DNA from: the human T2T-CHM13v2.0 reference genome, Homo sapiens
Reading direction: 5' to 3' (one strand)
DNA length: 64,000 nt
Assembly: GCF_009914755.1 (NCBI RefSeq)
Contig: NC_060927.1
Part shown: positions 15,885-25,870 of the stretch, piece by piece
Layout of the letters: each line of letters starts with the position of its first letter
How positions within the stretch are numbered: position 1 is the stretch's first letter
Made by a program: the position numbers and the translations under genes
Notes under the pieces: model-generated
The model's input: only the letters and a program-made list of their open reading frames with translations
Database searches by the model: none
Told to the model about the DNA's origin: nothing

Positions 15885-15912
<28 letters not shown>
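15885..15912. repeat. (GA)n microsatellite
   Basis: About 14 GA units. Confidence 0.95.
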
Positions 15913-15915
<3 letters not shown>

Positions 15916-16359
15916 TCTTCATAGAGAATATTATTCAAGGATTTCTTAAACTTGGGAATATAAGACTTCAGGGCCCTGATTTGGGAAATACTGAATTAAT
16001 AACAACTCTGTCACTTTAGGCAATCCCTTTGCACTAAAGCCACATAGCAGTACTCTGTTATCAGACGACAAGCAGCTGATTTAAAATATAAGCCTATATC
16101 TGTCATTTTCATATTATTTCATCAAATAGAGAACAATAAATACAAACTTTTTGAGAGCACGAGGGCCTTCAAAACCCACTGGCCGAAGTTTAAGAAACTC
16201 AGGCCTTCAGCAAATGCACCTAAGAAACCAAGCTCATGAAGATGTGAAATTCTAATCAACAGATTACCTGAAAACATTTCCATCCCATTTCATGATTTCT
16301 CTCTCTTTTCTGTAGCAAATGATGTTTTTGGAAGAAAAAGAGCGCATATTTCCCTTGCC

Positions 16360-16520
16360 TGGCTACTCAAAATGTGGTCCTCTAAGTAGCAACAACAGCA
16401 TCACTTGAGAGTTGTAAGAAATGTAGATTCCCAGGCCCCAGCCTAGATGTAATGCATAAACCTGTATTTTAACAAGATCCCCAGCTAGGCTGTTTGTACA
16501 TTAACGTTTGAAAAGCACAT
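16360..16520 (+). mobile_element. MER5-family MITE
   Basis: CTCAAAATGTGGTCC...CAGCATCACTTGAGAG...TTTTAACAAGATCCCCAG...TTTGAAAAGCAC. Confidence 0.7.
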
Positions 16521-18489
16521 CTCAGAGCACTAGTTTTAAAACTAGGTCTATTAAGATCAACTTGAGAACTTTCTCAAAAAACAAATTCCTATACTTCATC
16601 ATACTCTTGACTCCAACAATCTCTGCAACAATGTAGCTAACCCATCACGGGGATTTGACAAACATGGCTTCCGATTGTATCTTCTTTCCAATTCATTTTA
16701 TGAACTCAGGCAAGTTCCTTAGCTTCTTTAAATTTGAGAAATGAGTATGACAACAGTACCTTCTTCTCAAGGACACACATAAAGCACTTAAATATTTGAT
16801 AAGTGCTAGTCACAATATTGGTGTATTTTGCCTTGACAAAAGTAATGCCTAATTTTATTCAATAAACAATTGTTAATTGTCAACTCATACATAAGCTAAT
16901 ATTGTTAAGTTGCTTCGTATAATGCTTATCACAAAAATGGTATGTAATGGTTACATAAATACAAATAAAATCATGTATTTGACACCATACTGCCATTAGG
17001 TGACTACTATCTCTCCATATTAGAGGTAGAGCAGTGTCAAAAACTACCATCTGATTAAATAATAGAAATAACAGCTAAGTACTTACTCGGTACTTTCATC
17101 TTTCTAAGCAATTTATATGATATGTTACTTAATCCTGACAACCCTATGAGGAAGGTCCTTCATACACCAACATATCAACATTTATGCATCTCTTTGATTA
17201 CTTCTCATGCATTAATTCCTAGATTTGAGAATCACTGTGTTCAAAGTATATTGAACTATTAAGGCTACGGGTATGAACTACTAAATAGCTCTCAAGAAAT
17301 GTAGCCAATAGTTGATATCCAACGGTTGTATAGAAAAAAGTCCCATTTCCCCAAAACTTTGTTAATGCCAGGCATTCTCTAATTCTCCAAATTGCTAATA
17401 AAAATTTGTCATGACTTAGGAATACAACATAAAGGGAAATAACTTCTTCTAAATGTCCTAGATAAAACAATCTACCATGAAAATTAATGTCTCCTAGGCA
17501 ACCAGGAAGTCAGACACAATGAAAAAGAAACACTGTTCTCTTCGTTAAAAGAATAAAACTGTGTTTCCTTTTAACTAGAAAAATAAAGTTGTTATTTCAT
17601 TATGGCCAGGAATATTAAGGTTCACTGTAAAAAATAATCTGCTATTTTTATACCCTGGCATTACTCAGTGAATGGCAAAAATCTAGACCAATCCTAGAAG
17701 GCACGAATGTCTTTGGGGGATGTCAGAAAAAGCCTTAACTCCAGACACTTCTACCAACTGGAGAGTAGGTTTCTATTTCAATTAACTTAAACACTAGGGG
17801 CTCAATTGTTAACCAAGAATGTAAATGAGCTTATTAAAAGCTGCTGGCTAATGGATCCCAAGATGAACCTTGAGAGGAACAATGCCCTGTCATCTAACTG
17901 AGGAACAACACAATCTGATCTGGCCCCGCTCTGAAACATACTTTATTGATGACTTGGAAAACAAGGCACATAAATGAATGGTTGGAGACATATATTGAAG
18001 TTTATATGATTTATAAAACATTCTAATCTACAGGCGTATGTCAAAATTCCACAGGAGACAGTAGAAGAGGATCCTAGAAGAAGATAACAAAGTGAACAAA
18101 GAGAAAGAGAAGACAACTTGAAGTGTCCCAGAATTTAAGCAAACAAGAATACCTGTAACATTTTTATACAAAGAGAATTTTTTAGTGAAGTATATTAAGT
18201 CATCAACTTATGTCACTAAAAAAATTTTCAATTGTTAACAAGTCAAAGAAAATCCAAAACCTCAGCTATTTATAAACAGAAAACACCTAGGTATTTCAAA
18301 ATGCCAACTGCCTTTTCAAGATCTCACTTCATCAGTTACCTCTTCTCTGTTCTGTCATTTTTTTTTTTTTGTAAACCTACTTGTTTTACATATTTAACCT
18401 CATTCTCACCAGTTTCTTCCCTGTCTCCTAACAAGATGTTCAGGGATTACATATACTTAATAACCTTTCCTCATCAAACTCTAATCACC

Positions 18490-18980
18490 TATTCATTTAA
18501 TAAATATGTATTATATACTTGCCATATTCCAAATACTATTCTAGTGGTAAATATGACAGACCAGCCCTCTGCTCTCATGTAGTATTCTAGGCACAGGGTG
18601 CGTATTGCAAGCAGTAGAGACTACAAGCCAGTCAACAAGGAAAAATATTCTGATTGTGACTTGAAGGAAATGATCAAAATGCAAGAACAGGAAGGGACTT
18701 GGAGGAGGCAGAAGTGGCTGCCTAAGTGTCAAAGGAAAGGGGAATCTCACGTTTGATCTGCGAGTTGAATGATAAGAAGTCCACTGTATGTGACTATATG
18801 GGGATAAAATGTTCCAGATGGAGGAAACAGCAATTGCCAAGGCAAGAATGATCTCAAGATCTTAGAGGAATGGAAAGAAGAGTGTGGGGTGGAGCCTAAC
18901 AGCAGGCAGCAAGGCAGAGGTGAGGAGATGGGTTTGAAAGATGAGCAGGGATCAGATCATACAAGGTCTTGTGTGGCGTT
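18490..18980 (-). mobile_element. L2 3' remnant
   Basis: ATTCATTTAATAAATATGTATT start, GTTCCAGATGGAGGAAACAGC, CAGATCATACAAGGTCTTG. Confidence 0.65.
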
Positions 18981-19092
18981 TCACTTAATGAGAAACTCGT
19001 GATATCAAAGATTCAAGCTCCAGAGTGTTCAGGGTCTAAATTTGACTTTCAAAAAAAGATTTTACTATTGTACATTAAAAATCATCTCAGGA

Positions 19093-20377
19093 CGCCTGGT
19101 GTGGTGGCTAATACCTCTCATTTGGGAGACCAAAGCAGAAGGATCCCTTAAGAACAGGACTTCAAGACCAGCCTGGGAAATATAGTGAGAAAGAAAGAAA
19201 GAAAGAAAGAGAGAAACAGAGAGAGGGTAGGGGAGAGGGGAGGGGAGACGGGAGGGGGAGGGGGAAGAGGTGAGATGGGAGGGGGGAGGAGGGGAGATGG
19301 GAGGGGGGAGGAGGGGAGGGGAGGGGAGGAGGGGAGGGGAGGGGAAGGAGGGGAGGGGAGGAGGGGAGGGGAGGGGAAGAAGGGGAGGGGAGGAGGGGAG
19401 GGGAGGGGAAGAAGGGGAGGGGAGGAGGAGAGGGGAAGGGGAAGGGAGAGGAGGGGGGAGGGGAAGAAGGGGAGGAGAGGGGAGGGGAGGAGAGGGGAGG
19501 AGGGGAGGGGAGGGGAGGGGGAGGGGGGAGGAGGGGAGGAGGGGTGGGGGGAGGGTGGAGGGGGAGGGGAGGGGGAGGAGGGGAGGGGAGGGGAGGGGAG
19601 CGGGGAGGAGGGGAGGGGGAGGAGGGGAGGGGGAGGAGGGGAGGGGGAGGGGGAGGGGGAGGGGGAGGAGGGGAGGGGGAGGAGGGGAGGGGAGGGGGAG
19701 GAGGGGAGGGGAGGGGGAGGAGGGGAGGGGGAGGGGGAGGAGGGGAGGGGGGAAGGGAGGGGGAGGAGGGGGGAGTAGGGGAGGGGGGGGAGGAGGGGGG
19801 AGGAGGAGGGGAGGAGGGGAGGGGAGGGGGAGGAGGGGGGAGGAGGGGGAGGAGGGGAGGGGAGGGGGAGGAGGGGGGGAGGAGGGGGAGGAGGGGAGGG
19901 GAGGGGGAGGAGGGGAGGGGAGGGGGAGGAGGGGGGAGGAGGGGGGAGGAGGGGGGAGGAGGGGGGGAGGAGGGGGGAGGAGGGGGGAGGAGGGGGGAGG
20001 AGGGGGGAGGAGGGGGGAGGAGGGGGGAGGAGGGGAGGGGGAGGAGGAGAGGGGAGGGGGAGGAGGGGAGGGGGGAGGGGGAGGAGGGGAGGGGAGGGGG
20101 AGGAGGGGAGGGGGGAGGGGGAGGAGGGGAGGGGAGGGGGAGGAGGGGAGGGGAGGGGGAGGAGGGGGGAGGAGGGGAGGGGAGGGGGAGGGGAGGAGAG
20201 AGGAGAGGAGAGGAAGAAATTAGCTGGGTGTGGTGGCATGCACCTATAGTCCCAGCTACTCCAGAGACCATGGCACGAAATGCCTGAGCCTGGGAAGTTG
20301 ATGCTGCAGTGAGCTGTGATCATGCCCCTGCACTCTAGCCTGGGTGACATAGTGAGATCCTGTCTATAAAAATAAAC
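19093..20377 (+). mobile_element. AluJ whose central linker is replaced by a ~1 kb purine tract
   Basis: Left arm ends TTCAAGACCAGCCTGGGAAATATAGTGAGA (19190); right arm resumes AATTAGCTGGGTGTGGTGGCATGC...GCTGCAGTGAGCTGTGATC; CTCAGGA on both flanks. Confidence 0.85.
19187..20219 (+). repeat. ~1033-nt G-rich polypurine low-complexity repeat/VNTR
   Basis: (GAAA)n grading into GGGGA/GGA/GGGGGGAGGA units; only about ten pyrimidines in the tract. Confidence 0.97.
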
Positions 20378-20429
20378 CTCAGGAGCTTAAAAAAAAGCAT
20401 ATGCCCCATTCCCAGATTATTTTTCTGTT

Positions 20430-21094
20430 AAGACTTTTGAAAAGTGACATACAATTCATATACCATAAAATTCACCCTTCTAGTGTACAGTTTGATGGTT
20501 TTCAGTATGTGTGCAAAATTGTACAATTATCATAACTACCTAATTCAGAACATTTTTACCCCCAAAAGAGAAACCATTTCCTTTAGCAGTCATTTCACAT
20601 TTTCCTCTAGCCCACAGCCCCTGGCAACTATTATTCTACTTTCTGTCTCTGTGGATTTGCCTTTTCTGGACATTCTATAGAAATGGAGTCATACGATATA
20701 TAGCCTTTTATGTGTAGCTTATTTCACTTAGCATGTGTTCAAGATTCATCCACATTTTACCATGTATTCATCCTTTATTCCTTTTAAAGGCTGAATAATA
20801 CCCCATTGTATGTATACACCACATGTTTTTCTCCATTCATCAGTTGATGGACATTTGTTACTACATTTTTGGACATTTGTGAATAGTGCTGTGAATATTC
20901 AGGTGCAAGTTTTGTGTGGACTTATGTTTTCAATTATTGAACGTACACCTAAGAGTGAAACTGCTGGATCATGTGGGAACTCTGTATTTAACATTTTAAG
21001 GAACTGCCAAGCTGTTTTCCTTAGTGGCTGTACCATTTTACATTACCACCACCAATGAAAGAGGGTTCCAAGTCCTCCACATTCCTCACCAACA
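20430..21094 (-). mobile_element. L1MB 3' end inserted in a MER5 element
   Basis: ATTCATATACCATAAAATTCACCC, TCTGTCTCTGTGGATTTGCC, GAACTGCCAAGCTGTTTTCC; flanking duplication CCCCA(T/C)TCCCAGAT. Confidence 0.85.
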
Positions 21095-21251
21095 CCCCAC
21101 TCCCAGATATTTTAAATTAATTGGTCTGGCTGAGACCTAGATATCAGGCTTTTTTTTGGTTTTTATTTTGAAAGTTCCTATGGTGATTCTATTCCTAACG
21201 TATAGTGAAGGCCAAGAAGCCCTTACTCCAGCCTGTTCATTGCCAACTTGG

Positions 21252-21307
21252 TAAGTATTTATACCTACTCCCTCTTCCTGATAAGTATTCATACCTACTC
21301 CCTCTTC
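21252..21307. repeat. 30-bp tandem duplication
   Basis: TAAGTATT(T/C)ATACCTACTCCCTCTTC twice. Confidence 0.9.
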
Positions 21308-21444
21308 TGCTCCAGAGCTCTTTAGACATGTTACTTGGTGCCCCCAGCACTCTCAATGACATCTGCTTTGTAGCTGACTCATCCAGTGAGAGAAGGAAAG
21401 ATAATTAAGGAAGATACAGTCTTATACTTTTAACAGTCTCATTT

Positions 21445-21962
21445 ATTTCTGAGTGGGGCCAGTGTCTGTGTGAAATCTTCATGGTTATCTGCATGTCTGG
21501 ATGGGTTTTCTCCAGGCACTCTGGTTTCCTCCCTCATTCCAAAGGTGCATGTGAGATTAAGAGGCATGTCTACATGGTCCCGGTCTGAGTGAGAAGGTAT
21601 GTAGAGTGAGTCCTGAGAGGGAATGGCGCCCTGTCCAGGGTGGGCTCCTCCCTTGGGCCCTGAGCTGCCAAGACAGGCTCTGGCCACCTGAGACCCTGAA
21701 CTGCAATGAATGGGTAAATAATTATCTTGCTTTTATTAATATTTCTTATAATATGTAGACATCATCTTTATTTCTGTATTTAATATTAACAATATTTTGG
21801 TTTTTATTTAGAAGTTTGGTGATGTTTTTGTGAGGAGAAATATGCCACAGGAATTTTTTTTTTAATCAGTTAGCCTATGGTCAAATTGGTTTCATTATAC
21901 ATTGTTTTGGTTAAAGTTGTAGTTTCTAAGAAACCTACCTATGACTCAAGTGAGGACTTGTG
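21445..21962 (+). mobile_element. MER6A (TcMar-Tigger)
   Basis: GGGGCCAGTGTCTGTGTG...GGGTTTTCTCCAGGCACTCTGGTTTCCTCCC...CCCTGAGCTGCC...ACCCTGAACTG; end AAGTGAGGACTT. Confidence 0.8.
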
Positions 21963-22045
21963 TTTTTACGTAATGTGAATCAGCAACCCCCTTCTTCCAC
22001 TGATTGATCCGACGGAGACCTTTTATGCAAAAAGAGGTCACTGCT

Positions 22046-22119
22046 TTAAAATATATATATATATATATTTTATATTTATTTTATATATAAAAATTATATA
22101 TATTTAAAAAAATATATAT

Positions 22120-22150
<31 letters not shown>

Positions 22151-22163
22151 GAGAGAGAGAGAG
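22046..22163. repeat. Pure-AT / (TA)n island followed by (GA)n
   Basis: About 75 nt with only A/T, then about 21 GA units with one interruption. Confidence 0.93.
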
Positions 22164-22406
22164 GCTCCTGAAGTTCTTCTCATCTAGTCAAGAAAGATAT
22201 AGGGTGTAAATGGATACTTCTATGTTTTATGCTTCAACCTGACCTTGAGTATTAAACATGGTATCATATTTACAAAAATGTATAACATTTAGAACTACTT
22301 TTGTCACTTTATAAAATGATTCTTCCAAACCAAACACAGGTGATGAATATCTAAAACACCAGCATCAAGGCCTAGAGCTTTGTGTTTGTACAAAATATCA
22401 GGGAAA

Positions 22407-22710
22407 AGCCAAGCACAGTGGCTCACACCTGTAATCCCAGCACTTTAGGAGGCCTAGGAGGGCAGATCACTTGAGGTCAGGAGTTTGAGACCAGCCTGGC
22501 CAACACTGCAAAACCCTGTCTCTACTAAAAATACAGAAAATTAGCTGGGCATGGTGGTGGGCACCTGTAATCCCAGCTACTTGGGAGGCTGAGGCAGGAG
22601 AATCGCTTGAACCCAGTGGGCAGAGGTTGCAGTGAGCCAAGATTGTGCTGCGCCACTGCACTCCAGCCTGGGTAACAAAGCAAGACTTCATCTCAAAAAA
22701 AGAAAAAAAA
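22407..22710 (+). mobile_element. AluSx-like
   Basis: Full dimer; TSD TATCAGGGAAA. Confidence 0.92.
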
Positions 22711-25649
22711 CGTATCAGGGAAAGACAGAAACCTGAATAAAAAGGAAACAGATTTCTACACTGAAGGACAAAGTATGGCATGACTTCTCAGTCTGATGGA
22801 GGCCGAGATTCGTTTTTTTCATTCTGAGATTCATCTTAACGGTTAAAAAAAAAAAAAGAACAAACAAAACGAAACCCAAATCATGTTTTTCATGTGGACT
22901 GTAATAGCAGAGACGAACTTACATGTTTAAATACAAAAACAATCCTTAAAGAGGAGAATTAGAAGTTGAAAATCACCTTACTGTTATGTATCTTTCTGGA
23001 GTAATCAAAATTTCTACTATATTATAGTCTCTATACCATCAAAAAATCCACAGATATCACAGATATTCATCTCCATGGACTGTATGAAGACATTGTGGAC
23101 ATATTGGGACATCAACTCAGAAATAATGTCAAAAGCTTGTATGGTAAATCTGAATCAACTGTGATCTTTCAGAAGCAGGAGCTTCCAAAGGGGTTCCTGT
23201 AGCATCCCTTTATCAGAGCAAGGCCAGTCAGAGGTTAAGAAACATTGGGTCTTTTACTTTAACACTTCTCACATATTATTTTAAAAATAAATACCAAAAG
23301 AAATACCAAAGGAAAAACCACATAAATTATATTTTGAACATTTACATTGAACAAATTAAAGTTCCCAACATAAGTGAATACAACATAATAATTACTATTC
23401 TGCATATGAGAGAAATTATTCCACCATTTTTTGACTCCTGAATTGTTGGCAATATTCTTGGCAAAGCAATGCTGCTCATAGGTTTTTGCTAAAACGGAGT
23501 ATAAGGCTAATTACAGTGTCAATTATAGCTATGTGTCATTTGTACTCTATAGACTTACTCCTATTTTAAGTGGTCTACCATATTCTTCTAATATCTAACG
23601 GTGTTATTCACAAGATAACTACATGACTGATACATTTTTTACGTAACAGTGTACTACAGGTGGTACAACCTTGTAAGAGAACAAGTTTAGAAGTATATAA
23701 TGCACATCTTCCTTCAATCCTGTTTATTAGCATATGGAAAACACATTTGAAGATAACCAGATATAAATTCAAGGCCTTGAATCCAAAGCCGTCCCAAACT
23801 ACTGATTCCCTGTGTTCTTCCAGGCCCTCAGAAGATGTCGGTTAAAGGAAATCATAAAAAGTCAAACTATAGCCTCTGTGTTATGTCCCCACTAAAGCCA
23901 GTATGGCCAGACTTTACTGTAGCTGAGAGGTTCTTGCTCATGGAGTCTTGAAATAGAGCTTCCCAACTTCAGCAGAGATGCCTATTATACAACATTAAAT
24001 AAAAGATGAATTTAAATGAATCAAGTCTTGACTCTTCTTCCACCATCATGGGTTTTACAGAACAGCATTATCCAGGGCTCCATTCAAGGTAATTTTGCTT
24101 TTTCATTGCTTGACAAATGCTTTCCCATTTCCCTGCACCCTAGACAAATTGGTATTTCTCAGCAGCTCTTAGAATGACAATGGCAGTTTTCTCTTCATCG
24201 TTTTTTCATTTCTTCATCCTCTCGCCATGAGAGGCACTCATCAGGGGATCTCTAATCCTACCCATCTCATTACCTCTTCACTCTATTTGTCACCATTTGG
24301 AATTTCAGAACTCTTAATTATTAGCTTACTGTTACCAACAGTAATGAGGCTCTGGCTGCCTACTGGGGAGCATCATCCAACACTAACAAGCTAGCAGACT
24401 GAGACCGGCACCTGAATTCCATCACGTGGTTCCATTGTTCAGGCCAGGTGGGACATTTCTGTCTGCAGGCAAGCTTTCTGCAGGAGAGCTGGAGTTTGCA
24501 GGGTGGCTATTATCCATTCACTTTGGTCTTATGATTCACACTGACTCAAAACAGCTTTCCTGTGTGGTCATGCTCATTTACATACTGGCTATTGCCTTCC
24601 TTATAATAACACTTAATGTTTATTTCTGCCTTGTCCTCCTTTTCACTTGTATAAGGACTTCCTGGAGCTAAGAGTTCTCAAAGGGAACACTAATTGGTCA
24701 TTTTCTTATAGCTACTTTTGATCTCCTCCTGACCTGGAATGAACAGTGAGTCTCTCACAGCCATCTGGGTGATCCGTCTATATACAGACCTTCCTTGACA
24801 CTCCCGCAGTAGTCAGCATACTGCCTCAACACAAAAGAGGCTAGACAAATGTTAAGTGACATCTATAAAGTTTTCTGAGCACCAAAGACAGACCCAGATG
24901 CAGAGGAGACAGAAAGGTAAAGGATTAAGAAGGAGCTGGTCCCTCTGAAACTATGACAAACATGTCTTTATATAGTTAACGAGGGAAGATGCAACTGATC
25001 CAAAATCCATCTCTTCCTTGTCTTCATATCCTTTCACAGCAACAAGAGCCTTGCACCAATGAGGACAAATGAGCATTGGTTGAATACTTCTAAATGCCCA
25101 GCCTACATTAGGCACTTGACCTGCATTTGCTCATTTAAACCCCAATAGCCTGTACAGTAGACCTGGAGGAAAACAAAACCCACAGAAGTCAACCAACTTG
25201 ATCAAGGTCACCCATTAGTGAAAACCCCAAAGCTCTTCTCAGTACAAGTGGTCACCCAACACCGCTCAGAAAACGGTTAGGCAAAATGAGGGCCTGGGGT
25301 GGGTTTTGGAATAGCAACACCCTGAAGGTAATAGAGGCTGGTGGTAGAGAAGAGGAGCAGTGGCATCACCTAGGTGTGTAACGCTGCCTTTGTCTCCTGT
25401 AGCTGCTGCCTTCTATCCAAGGTGACCACCGTGTTGAACACTGTCTAGGAAATACTGTGCTCAGGGCAAAGGATGCTCTCTTTTTTTCACATTTTTATAC
25501 AGCTAAGAGAAGTCATTTCTGAAAACAGGACTTGGAGGTCAACGTTTACATATGATGCCACCAAGGACATCTCCTGATGATACCCATGAAGGAGAGACCA
25601 TTCCGTTAGAAAACTTGTGCAGTAACATTTAAAATTGGCATTTGTTAAC

Positions 25650-25870
25650 CATACTAATAAGAGCTAATATTCCTGTAGCCCTTGCTATATACCAGACATT
25701 ATGCTATAAATGCTTTATGTAAATATCTCACTTACTCCTCTCCAAAGCCTCTGAGGTATTTTTATCACCCTAATTTTACAAAAGAAAACACTAAGAGTTT
25801 AAGTCCCTTGCCCAAGTACACACGGAAGCAAGTGATGGAGCCGAGATTTGTACCCAGGTATGTGACACTG
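25650..25870 (-). mobile_element. MIR
   Basis: CCAGACATTATGCTATAAATGCTTTA...TTTTACAAAAGAAAACACTAAG...CTTGCCCAAGTACACAC. Confidence 0.65.

Noticed and set aside
16255-16290. Minus-strand TTTTCAG|GTAATC as a recursive splice site in intron 4
   Set aside because: Pyrimidine tract is very short with purine-rich sequence upstream; not supportable without nascent RNA data.
19148-20350. Long ORFs (197-400 aa) rich in Pro/Ser/Leu or Gly/Glu/Arg in several frames
   Set aside because: A purine-only tract cannot contain stop codons on either strand; the ends are Alu sequence, so these are not extensin- or collagen-like genes.
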